A stretch of 64,000 nucleotides of DNA. Origin: a virus. Its lineage: Duplodnaviria; Caudoviricetes. The translations under genes and the position numbers were made by a program. Shown piece after piece: positions 1-9,513 of the stretch. The stretch lies in the IMG/VR virus record IMGVR_UViG_3300024346_000004. One strand, given 5' to 3'. The notes under the pieces are model-generated. The model was given only the letters and a program-made list of their open reading frames with translations. It was not told the origin of the DNA and did no database searches. Each line of letters starts with the position of its first letter. The stretch's first letter is position 1.

Positions 1-3000
1 AATCTAATTGGTTCTGGGGAAAATGAATTTGTATTATCTCCATATAAAACATTAGTATTTAAATGTATTCTTTTAAGTAAAGTATTTCTATCTAAATAAA
101 TAATTGGAGATATGCAATAGTTCTTGAATTTATCTGCAAATGTCCAGTGAGCAACATGTGGGAATGCAAAAATAGTATTAGCACTTCTGATACTATTTGA
201 TCTTAATAGATATGACCAACCATTTAAACTTCTAATAAAATTTTCAGCACACTGTATTGCGTCTACTAAATCATCAGGTTTTGCTAATGGATTACTAATT
301 CCCGAAAAACTAAACATATTAGTGTCAATAAATTTATCAATATTTCCTAATGTTGAAATATATCCTTTTAACAAATAAAGTGCAGAAGGTGGATAAATTA
401 CTCTGTCTAATAAAGAATCATATCCAATATTATCTTGATAATTCCTACTTTGATATAATAATACATCTATGTTTGGTATCATGATTAGTAGTGGAGTACT
501 GTGAGTAAATAATTCTATATTGTTTGCATATATATCAGAATCTTTAATAACTGTCACTCCACTTGTAGATGTAAATATGATAATAGGAGTATCTTTATAA
601 ATACCATGTCTAGGTGTACAGAATTCCCCATTCATTAAAGATCTATCACGGTTAATAATAGGTATCGTTCCACCACATGTTAACACTAATGAATCTACAA
701 ATGTTGATACAGTAGAGTTTACACCTAATAAAGAAAAGTCAAAAGTTCTAGCAATACCCGGACCTGAATATTCTAGAAAAATTCCACCACCATAACCATT
801 ATCACCACATATTAATCTTAAGAATATAGGCCCAGCAGATAAAGTAATGCTTGCACTTACTTCATAAAATCCATGACTACCAGGTTCTGATAAAAAGGCA
901 TTAGCAGTAGTAAATCCACTCTCTGCATTTGCTCCGATCCAAAAATAACTAGCGTCATCAGATCTTAAATAAAATGTATATGAACCTGGTGTTGTTATAT
1001 TTATATAACCATAATAATGATATGTCCATGCTGGTATAGATATATTTAAATTAATTGTATTAAAATTTCCACCATAAGTGGGGACATTACTATTTATAAA
1101 ATTTATATTATCAGCAAAATAACCAGAAAATTCGTACTTAACGAAACCAGGTAATGTTTGTGATGAAATAGTCATGGTTTGTCTAATGTTATATTTTTTA
1201 ATACCTATGACATTAGACGTTCCGATATAGTATACACAATAAACATATTGTGTATTGTAATCATCCATAGGCTTTAGCGGCATTGCAAAAATAGTACCAA
1301 CTATAGAAGGATTGGATAAATTGTAGATATTTGCGCCAATTGGGTCTGTTAATGTTGATAAGTATGTTTTGCCTAAGAAAAAATCATTTTCAGTAACACC
1401 TTTGACCAAATAGAGGTTTGTTGTTGTATGAAAAATAATTCTTACTTCTTCTATAACATAAGGTGTATTATTAGTTATATTTTCTGTAACTGTTTGTGAT
1501 AATGTTAAAGATGTGTCTGATGGTAAATCTGTAATGTAATACCATTTATCTACAAGATGTGGTTCTGTAGTACCAAAGCCTATTCTTGAATTTTTAGAAA
1601 AGTTAGATGTTCTCCAAGATGTATTAGTTCCAGTGACAGTTGTACCAGTGGCAGAAATAGTACCAGTAGAATATCTGGTAATAGCCATTTTGATATTTGT
1701 AATACCGTAGGATCCCGTTATACCAATATCCCCTACAAATGTCATTTTTCCTGTTGACTTAAAATGTTTATATAATGCAAATCTTCTTGGATTACCTGTA
1801 GATGGTCTATCTAAAACAATATAGTTGATATCATCTGACCAAGCAGCTACATCCATAATATAAGCATAAACATCTTGAGCTTGATAAATACTGTCATATT
1901 TAGGTCTAGCTATATCAAAATCTTTTAATTTGACATAATTATCTTCTTTATTAGCTCCTGTAAATAAAGAATAATATGTCCCTAATGATAATTTCTTGTA
2001 ATCGTATCCACCTGAAGCATTTGTTACAAGAGTTCCATTAGGGGTTATAGTTCCAGTGTCATCAAAATGGGTATAGATTGTAGTTGTTAATAATTGTTCA
2101 CTACCATTTATTCTTCCATATATTTTATAACTTGCGGCTCCATCAACCCAATTCCATTTGATTCTATTAAAATTATTTGATGATAAAGTTGAATTACCAG
2201 TAGTTGTTATTACTGCATCTGTGGCTATAGATTCACTAAATTCATCCACAGCTTTTATTCTGTATGAGTAAGATGTAGAACCAGAAGTGCCAAAATTTGT
2301 GATTGTTACATTTGATGGTTTATCTATTACAGTATATCTTGTATATTGTGTTGATTGATTGAATTCAAAATCTTTTACATATTTAACTATGCTTGATACA
2401 TTTTTATAAGGTGCTGGATTAAATGTACTTAATATTGGTAGTTTTTCTTCTGATGTAATACTTGAAGCTGATAAAGATCTGTTTTGTGAATAAGAATAAT
2501 AGTTTAAAGCTGCTGGAGGATTGATAAATTGATAAGGTTGTTCATATAGCGACAATACTTCTTCAGCAGATAAAGCACGATTGTATATTTGAATAAGACC
2601 TAGATTAAAGCTGGCATATACTGAGCTAGCTTTAGCAATACGAAGGTTAGGAAACGGATTTGAAAGTGTGGAATTATTTGAAGAGCCAAAATAAATTCCA
2701 TTTTTATAAGCCAAACTAACACCCGAACCATTATCTCTAATTAAGGTATAATTTATCCAAACTCCCAATGGCGGAACTTCATAAAAATCAGCAAAGTTTC
2801 CAGGGTTTGCTCTGAAATAAAACACACCGTTATATGTAAAAAAACTCCAGCTCCACGAGCCAGAACCATAAACGTCATTTCCTACATATACAAGAGGGCC
2901 ATTTTGTAAACTATTGAATTTAACCCAAATACTAACAGTATTTGCCTCTGGTGTGTATGAAGAAAAATCTACATAATCGTTAGTTCCGTCAAACTTAAGT

Positions 3001-3191
3001 GACCCCAAATTTTCAGGAGTTATTAAAACCCCATTTAATAAATTTCCATTATTATCTTTAGCCAAATCATAAATCTTATTTCCGGCTTGTTCATTAAATA
3101 GCCAGCATCCCACCAGTCCTTGAGAGAGAGGATGATTGAAATCTATTGTGGATCCTAAAGCAGGTTTGATTTGTGATTTATTATTAAACAT
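1..3191 (-). CDS. LamG/FN3-like/PA14 domain virion (tail/receptor-binding) protein, 3'-truncated by the window edge
   Basis: Not in the ORF track. ATG at 3191; hand translation MFNNKSQIKPALGSTIDFNHPLSQGLVGCWLFNE... is paralogous to 3194..8617. The same frame is still open at the left edge (...VLYGDNTNSFSPEPIR). PA14-like block ~725-1155 (YYGYINITTPGSYTFYLRSDDASYFWIG). Confidence 0.85.
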   Translation of the reverse strand, partial: MFNNKSQIKPALGSTIDFNHPLSQGLVGCWLFNEQAGNKIYDLAKDNNGNLLNGVLITPENLGSLKFDGTNDYVDFSSYTPEANTVSIWVKFNSLQNGPLVYVGNDVYGSGSWSWSFFTYNGVFYFRANPGNFADFYEVPPLGVWINYTLIRDNGSGVSLAYKNGIYFGSSNNSTLSNPFPNLRIAKASSVYASFNLGLIQIYNRALSAEEVLSLYEQPYQFINPPAALNYYSYSQNRSLSASSITSEEKLPILSTFNPAPYKNVSSIVKYVKDFEFNQSTQYTRYTVIDKPSNVTITNFGTSGSTSYSYRIKAVDEFSESIATDAVITTTGNSTLSSNNFNRIKWNWVDGAASYKIYGRINGSEQLLTTTIYTHFDDTGTITPNGTLVTNASGGYDYKKLSLGTYYSLFTGANKEDNYVKLKDFDIARPKYDSIYQAQDVYAYIMDVAAWSDDINYIVLDRPSTGNPRRFALYKHFKSTGKMTFVGDIGITGSYGITNIKMAITRYSTGTISATGTTVTGTNTSWRTSNFSKNSRIGFGTTEPHLVDKWYYITDLPSDTSLTLSQTVTENITNNTPYVIEEVRIIFHTTTNLYLVKGVTENDFFLGKTYLSTLTDPIGANIYNLSNPSIVGTIFAMPLKPMDDYNTQYVYCVYYIGTSNVIGIKKYNIRQTMTISSQTLPGFVKYEFSGYFADNINFINSNVPTYGGNFNTINLNISIPAWTYHYYGYINITTPGSYTFYLRSDDASYFWIGANAESGFTTANAFLSEPGSHGFYEVSASITLSAGPIFLRLICGDNGYGGGIFLEYSGPGIARTFDFSLLGVNSTVSTFVDSLVLTCGGTIPIINRDRSLMNGEFCTPRHGIYKDTPIIIFTSTSGVTVIKDSDIYANNIELFTHSTPLLIMIPNIDVLLYQSRNYQDNIGYDSLLDRVIYPPSALYLLKGYISTLGNIDKFIDTNMFSFSGISNPLAKPDDLVDAIQCAENFIRSLNGWSYLLRSNSIRSANTIFAFPHVAHWTFADKFKNYCISPIIYLDRNTLLKRIHLNTNVLYGDNTNSFSPEPIR

Positions 3192-3193
3192 AA

Positions 3194-6100
3194 CTAAAAA
3201 TTAAATTTATCTCTAAAGTAGTTTGACATTTCTAATACTTCTGCATCTGACATAGTTCTATTAACAACCATCATCGCATATATTCTTCCATCTGAAAATG
3301 GATATAAAGGATAGTTTGATGAATTCCCAATAGAGAAAAACCCAAATAATGTTTCCAATGTAGCATTAACTCTATTAGTTATAAAAAATTTCTGACCATC
3401 TTTGTACATTCTAAATCTTTCATATCCATAAATAGTAGAAGAGTTAGACGTATTACTGTAAGAAAAAGTCATTACTGTATTTTCATCATAATTTTCTACA
3501 TAAAATCTCGGTGCTGAGTATGTACTTTGCCAGTTATCAGAAGTATAATAATATCTACTATTACAGTTATAAGTTAATTCTGTACCTCTCCCATAATATC
3601 CATATACAGGAGTAGCAGATCCATGGTATAAAAGCATACAGTTGTCAGAAACACCATATTGATTAGGCACAGTTTGATTTCTGATAACAAAAAATATTGT
3701 AAAATCTTGATTATAAAATGGATATGATTTAGCCAGTGTATTTGCCGCTACTGGAGTAAAGAAATCATTTACAGAAAATGTTGTAAAATATCCAGCTTTA
3801 TTCCATTCAACATGTCCTTGAGATTGGAAATGATTACCATATCCACTTAAGTCATACCAAATATTTCCAGACTCAGGATAAGATTTCTTTTCTGAAGCAT
3901 CCAAATATAATACTACATTTTTTAATATAGCATAATCTATATTTGAAGAATATATTCTATTAGGTAAAGTATTAAAAGCTAATTTGGTATCTGACAATGC
4001 TTTCGTAACTTCTACTACTTCCACATCATCGTATATAGATTTAGAACCCAAAAATAATGTGTTTCTTGAAAAAGGTACATTATTTATAAAATTAGTACTT
4101 GTACCTGTTAAAGTTTTCCTATTAGTGTAAGGAGTATATACATAACCATATAAGTTTGAAGTAGATGTAATACCAGGCCCAGATACAGTAAATAAAGTTC
4201 TTCGATCTCCAGCACAAGAGTTCATAATACGTATACTATGATATTCTCCACCATTTAAATTTACAGAATAAGAAACTATTCCAGTGTTAGTGTATATATT
4301 TCTATTAATTTTAGTAAAACCAGAATCTGCAGTATTGCCTATCCACATATATCCAGTTGTCCAAGCTTGATATGTAAAAGTATATGAACCAGTTGTTGGC
4401 GCATAAAATTTCCCATAAAAATCAATTGTATATCCATTTATGCTAGCATGATAAGGTATATCAAAGTTGGTTACATGCTCATAATCTTTCATTAATTCAC
4501 CATTATTATGATCAAAATCTCTATTCTGATCATAAAAACGATAAAATCTTTCTCTCAAACCTGGCACATTAATATTTGAAGTACCAGGATCGATACTGAT
4601 TGTTCCTTCACTATAATAAATAGAGGACGGTAAAGTTTTTCTTACAAGCCCAGTAATTTCATTATCTAGTTTTAAATTAACATCACTATAGATACGAGAT
4701 ATTTCATTATTTGTAACTGATTTGCCGATAATTCTTACTTCATAAATTTTCCCATAAAAACCATAGTTCGAATAACCAGAATTTCCAATTTTAAAACTAC
4801 TAGAAGCTAAAGATAAAGTTGGTGAAATATTTTGTGTTTTATTTAATTTCCCATTTATATATAATGAATAATTTGTTCCTGTAAAGTTTATTATAATATT
4901 GTAAATATATCCAGGTTTAATATTTCCATCAGATATAATAACGCTTGAATTTCCAATCCAGAAGTTAACCTTATAATCACTTGAAATATATAAATGATAA
5001 AAATTATTACCTGTAGATCCATTATTTCTAGATAATAAACTCATATTACTAAAGCTAATGTTTTCATCAACCATAAAAGTAATACTCATACATAAACCAT
5101 TACTATAAAGCTTATTGAATAATGTTGATGTAGCGGTTATAGAAGAATTACCAGATAATACCCATGGTCTATCTATTCCTGTGCTTCTTGTCACATTATC
5201 TAGTATTAAAGTATTGTTATAATCAGATAGATCGTTATCATTAAATCTATCTAATCTTAATAAATCCCATTTTGCAGTATATATGTTATAAATTATTTTT
5301 GCTGTTGAATTAAAAGAATAAGTATTAACATATCTCATTCTCTTTTCAATAGCTTGAGAACCTAATCCATTGACCCATGCGTTATTATAGTATTGAAATT
5401 GTCCATATGTATTATCATCACTTCTTTGTGTGTAGATAGTATTACCAGATATTGCATCTTTAGCTTCAATTACTACTAAGGGTTCAGATTCATATAATAC
5501 ATAATTTTTTTTATATAATTCTTTTTGTTTAAATCCTACTACATTATATAAAGTATTAGAGTCAGACAAATTCCATTTAAATTCTGGGGAAATTATATTT
5601 TTTGTCTCATAAAATAAATCTAAATTATATATTTTACGAGGTATAGCAGAATGTGCCATCATAACAAATTCAAATCTAAATTGACATTTATCTGTAGCTT
5701 TAATATCTGATAAATCATGCATTCGATTTAAAGGTATCCAAATGCCTGTGTTGTCTTCTATACCTTCCGTTCTTATATATAAATTATATTCAGCTGGTAA
5801 TTTAGTAAATCTATCGTCACCTTCGCAAAAATTATCTGATAACATTATTTTAGATAATTTTCTAGCATTATATGTAGAAATGACAGGTGTTATTACAAAC
5901 GCATTATATTTTTTCGCAAACAATTCATCAGCTTTGTAACTTATAACTTGCAATGGATTGAATTGGTCTGTGCTTTCACGGGTAATAAATATTAATCCAT
6001 TTGCAATGTGTGTAAGAGGAGCTAAAGACCAGTTGTAATCGTATGCTACATCATATACTAACTTATTTTGAGGATATGAATAGTGAGCAGATAAATATCT

Positions 6101-8617
6101 TCTTTTGAGTTTAATCGCATCTCTTAAACCTGGCTTATATCTATAAAAACAAAATTGTCCATAGCTATATTCCATGCCATAAAACATATCTTCTTCAGGT
6201 AAATATCTCTGATGTCTCAAACTCCACCATCCGCCACCTACTGTAAAGCCTCCATTACCGAATACACCTGAATATTCGTAAATTATCACATTATTGTTTG
6301 GTTCTAAAAGTGGTTTTGTTGGAAATCTAAAATTTCTTCCATAGATAGCTAAATATAAACATTCTGTATCTTTACCAGCACCAGAAATAGTTGTTGCTAA
6401 AATTAATTTACCCGTATTTGCTGGAGGCGCATTTATAGTAGCAAATGTATTACTTCTAGCAATGAAAGCTGATGTTGTTGTTCCACTGCTTAATGATGTC
6501 AAATCAGCTCTTAAATTAAATACTAATAAATGATTACCTGTGGATATATTATTCTGCAAACTTACTACATAGACATATTGAGTATTGTTATCTATCCTCG
6601 GTCCACATACAAAATTAGGATAATAATAAGATTGATTAACACTATCATCTAAATAATATGAAGCTTTTATTCTGTCAACCGTGGTAGCAGCTGGAATAAA
6701 TGCTATTTTTTCATTAGCAAAATCAAAATAACTTAGGCCTTTTACGACAAATAATCCTCCTTTTGTTAAGTCAGAACCATTAAATCTAGCTGTAACTATC
6801 ATCAATTCTTCGATTACGTAAGGAGTGTTTGCTGGATAAGAGTTTGCAGTATTTGTTAGAGTAATTGAAGTATTAGAATTGATTGCTCCAATTTCATACC
6901 AATCTGTGACAAATTGAGGAGTATCTGAACCAAATCCAATTCTGTATCCAACACATAATTTTTGATCATTCCATGTAGTAGATGATCCAGTAACGGTTGT
7001 TCCTGAAACAGTTACAGTCCCATTATTTATAACATTATAACTAGCATAAGGCTTGTCGTATGGTTGTAAATTTTGATTATTAGGAAAATTAACATATGCA
7101 TTTCCAGCATAGTCTATAGTATTTGTTCTTTTGTCGTAAATGTGTAAGTGAAACCTAGCAATAGTCCAGTTTCGCCATTCATCTGTAATAATCCATGTTA
7201 TATCATCAGACCAAGCAAAAGCTTCTCCTAAACCAGGATACAACTGAAGTACACCATGGTTATAATCATATCTATGTTTGATAGATATGTAATTATCTAG
7301 GTATTTAGGGCCTGAGAATAAAAAATGTTCTTCTGAAACATTTAATTTTTTATGATCATATCCCGATGTATTTCTCGTTACAGGAATTATATTTTGTAAA
7401 GTGATGCCAATATCATCATAATAATTATTGTATATATCAGTAATTAATTTGATATTATTTCCTGTCCGACCATATAATCTATAACCTGTTGCTTTTGGTA
7501 CTTTAGTCCATTTTACTCTATTATAATTTGTTGTATCTAAAGTGCTATTGCCATTTGATATTTTAACAACAGATGATGGTAATGTTTCTCCATATTTGTT
7601 ATATGCGCTTATTTGGTATGCATATTCAGTGGATCCTGTTGTTCCAAATGGTGTAACAGAAGATATTGAGGGAGATAATATAGGATTTAAATCTGTTACA
7701 GGTAAATTGCTATCAAATCTAATACTCTCTGCTAATAAACCACTCTCTGGTGTATCTAAAGAATTATAGGGTTTACCAAAAGACTCTGTTGATAAAATAG
7801 AATTTACACCTAATGTTACAGGTCCAGGCATAATAGCAGATCCCATAGATTCCGCTGATGTAATAGAAGGAGCGTATAAAATCCCTTGTTGTCTATATGA
7901 ATAATATTTTAAGGATGCTGGTGGATTGATAAATGCAAATGGATTCTCGTCTAAAAGTCTAATTTCTTCATCTGACAAAGCTCTGTTATATATATAAATT
8001 TGATATATATGACCTGAAAAGTTGTCAATACCTCCGCCTCTTCTGCCAATTCTTAGGTTATGTGCTGGAGAATTGATAACAGAAGGCACGGATGCTGTAA
8101 CTTCCATAGCTAAATTTGCATTTACATATGTCCTTACAAAATTACTAGGACTCCAAGTACCACATGCAAAATTTAAATTGCCATCACAAACATTTTGAGC
8201 AGAATAGGATTGGGCAGAGTTAACAGTAAAACCGACCCCACCAACACTACCACAAGATAGATTATATCCATAAGAATATGTTCCACTTGATTTATCTATT
8301 ATCCATTTGTCAGCAACAGTAGTTTTAAACCAAGCTAATACCGATAATCCAGTAGTTGGTAAAGTATAATTATCATTGGTAAGTTCAATATAATCATTAG
8401 ATCCATCAAAAAATATCGACCCATAATCTTTTGGAAAAAATGCCGGTCCATTAATTAAAGTTCCAAAAGTCGGCCTATCACAAAGGTCATATACTCTTAA
8501 CCCAGATCGTTCATTAAATAAAAAACAATGCACTAAGCCTTCACTTAATGGATGATTCCAATTAATTGAAGACCCATGTGCTGGTTTGTAATTATATTCT
8601 GAACTTCCTGGGAACAT
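3194..8617 (-). CDS. Large LamG/FN3-like/PA14 domain tail or receptor-binding protein (1807 aa)
   Basis: Three LamG-like blocks (FDGSNDY...IYNRALS; ...YEVRIIGKSVT; YLDASEKKSYPESGNIWYDLSG), an FN3-like block (YAYQISAYNKYGETLPS) and a PA14-like block (FYGKFYAPTTGSYTF). Confidence 0.8.
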   Translation of the reverse strand: MFPGSSEYNYKPAHGSSINWNHPLSEGLVHCFLFNERSGLRVYDLCDRPTFGTLINGPAFFPKDYGSIFFDGSNDYIELTNDNYTLPTTGLSVLAWFKTTVADKWIIDKSSGTYSYGYNLSCGSVGGVGFTVNSAQSYSAQNVCDGNLNFACGTWSPSNFVRTYVNANLAMEVTASVPSVINSPAHNLRIGRRGGGIDNFSGHIYQIYIYNRALSDEEIRLLDENPFAFINPPASLKYYSYRQQGILYAPSITSAESMGSAIMPGPVTLGVNSILSTESFGKPYNSLDTPESGLLAESIRFDSNLPVTDLNPILSPSISSVTPFGTTGSTEYAYQISAYNKYGETLPSSVVKISNGNSTLDTTNYNRVKWTKVPKATGYRLYGRTGNNIKLITDIYNNYYDDIGITLQNIIPVTRNTSGYDHKKLNVSEEHFLFSGPKYLDNYISIKHRYDYNHGVLQLYPGLGEAFAWSDDITWIITDEWRNWTIARFHLHIYDKRTNTIDYAGNAYVNFPNNQNLQPYDKPYASYNVINNGTVTVSGTTVTGSSTTWNDQKLCVGYRIGFGSDTPQFVTDWYEIGAINSNTSITLTNTANSYPANTPYVIEELMIVTARFNGSDLTKGGLFVVKGLSYFDFANEKIAFIPAATTVDRIKASYYLDDSVNQSYYYPNFVCGPRIDNNTQYVYVVSLQNNISTGNHLLVFNLRADLTSLSSGTTTSAFIARSNTFATINAPPANTGKLILATTISGAGKDTECLYLAIYGRNFRFPTKPLLEPNNNVIIYEYSGVFGNGGFTVGGGWWSLRHQRYLPEEDMFYGMEYSYGQFCFYRYKPGLRDAIKLKRRYLSAHYSYPQNKLVYDVAYDYNWSLAPLTHIANGLIFITRESTDQFNPLQVISYKADELFAKKYNAFVITPVISTYNARKLSKIMLSDNFCEGDDRFTKLPAEYNLYIRTEGIEDNTGIWIPLNRMHDLSDIKATDKCQFRFEFVMMAHSAIPRKIYNLDLFYETKNIISPEFKWNLSDSNTLYNVVGFKQKELYKKNYVLYESEPLVVIEAKDAISGNTIYTQRSDDNTYGQFQYYNNAWVNGLGSQAIEKRMRYVNTYSFNSTAKIIYNIYTAKWDLLRLDRFNDNDLSDYNNTLILDNVTRSTGIDRPWVLSGNSSITATSTLFNKLYSNGLCMSITFMVDENISFSNMSLLSRNNGSTGNNFYHLYISSDYKVNFWIGNSSVIISDGNIKPGYIYNIIINFTGTNYSLYINGKLNKTQNISPTLSLASSSFKIGNSGYSNYGFYGKIYEVRIIGKSVTNNEISRIYSDVNLKLDNEITGLVRKTLPSSIYYSEGTISIDPGTSNINVPGLRERFYRFYDQNRDFDHNNGELMKDYEHVTNFDIPYHASINGYTIDFYGKFYAPTTGSYTFTYQAWTTGYMWIGNTADSGFTKINRNIYTNTGIVSYSVNLNGGEYHSIRIMNSCAGDRRTLFTVSGPGITSTSNLYGYVYTPYTNRKTLTGTSTNFINNVPFSRNTLFLGSKSIYDDVEVVEVTKALSDTKLAFNTLPNRIYSSNIDYAILKNVVLYLDASEKKSYPESGNIWYDLSGYGNHFQSQGHVEWNKAGYFTTFSVNDFFTPVAANTLAKSYPFYNQDFTIFFVIRNQTVPNQYGVSDNCMLLYHGSATPVYGYYGRGTELTYNCNSRYYYTSDNWQSTYSAPRFYVENYDENTVMTFSYSNTSNSSTIYGYERFRMYKDGQKFFITNRVNATLETLFGFFSIGNSSNYPLYPFSDGRIYAMMVVNRTMSDAEVLEMSNYFRDKFNF

Positions 8618-9037
8618 TTATAGATGTACGATTCTTCTTTTAAGTCCAGAAGTTGTGAAGTTTAATATAGCAATAACTTGACCTAATCCATTATCAGGAA
8701 AAGTTGTACCGTCATCTAGAGATCTTTCAATATAAAGAATTACATCACCATTTGCAGATGCGGGAGCAGATACAGTAAATTCAATAGTAGCACCAATTAA
8801 TTTAGCAGTACTATTATCAATTGCAGCTGAGTTAAGATAAGCTGTATTAATTAAAGTAGTAGGAGAAGCTGGAGTTGTACCAAGGTTTAAAGGTACTGTG
8901 GCACTTCCATCAAATGTGACAGAAGCATCATTAGCATATTTCCATCCTCTATATTTGACAACAATACCACCAGAAGCAATTGTTTGTCCAGTTCCATTAT
9001 AAACAGAAAATCTAAAATCGGGTCCTAAAGCACTCAT
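8618..9037 (-). CDS. Hypothetical beta-rich virion protein
   Basis: 139-aa ORF with an AGGAG ribosome-binding site, tightly packed in the tail operon. Confidence 0.7.
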   Translation of the reverse strand: MSALGPDFRFSVYNGTGQTIASGGIVVKYRGWKYANDASVTFDGSATVPLNLGTTPASPTTLINTAYLNSAAIDNSTAKLIGATIEFTVSAPASANGDVILYIERSLDDGTTFPDNGLGQVIAILNFTTSGLKRRIVHL

Positions 9038-9039
9038 AT

Positions 9040-9504
9040 TTATCTCCTAAAAGCATTACCAATATCAATATGTGTAATGCTGGTATTTTTTCCAAATAAA
9101 ATTTCAGCTCTTGATAACATTTCTTTCGGGGCTAAATTTGAAATATCAATTTTATCCTGTTCAGAAATTACTTCGTTTTCTATGAGCGTATCTAAAACAT
9201 TTTGTACAGCTGGTTCTTCATATTTAAATGTTTGCAATCTAGATGACAATAATCTAAGTATTAAAAGAGCTGCATTCTGAGCTGGATTATCTGTTTTAGA
9301 AACAGATTCAATTAATAATATTTTTCCAGTAGTTAACATATAATCTTCTAATTTATCAATGCTAATTACTGTTTCTCCATCAATATACTTGTTATTTAAT
9401 AAATCAGCTATTCCTACATGATTACCCATTTCAAGTAATATAGAATATCCTAAATTTTCAGGATCTAAATTAATTTCATTACTGAGCTCACCATAACTTA
9501 TCAT
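9040..9504 (-). CDS. Hypothetical phage protein (tail-associated)
   Basis: 154-aa ORF with an AAGGTG ribosome-binding site, in operon context. Confidence 0.7.
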   Translation of the reverse strand: MISYGELSNEINLDPENLGYSILLEMGNHVGIADLLNNKYIDGETVISIDKLEDYMLTTGKILLIESVSKTDNPAQNAALLILRLLSSRLQTFKYEEPAVQNVLDTLIENEVISEQDKIDISNLAPKEMLSRAEILFGKNTSITHIDIGNAFRR

Positions 9505-9513
9505 TATTTCACC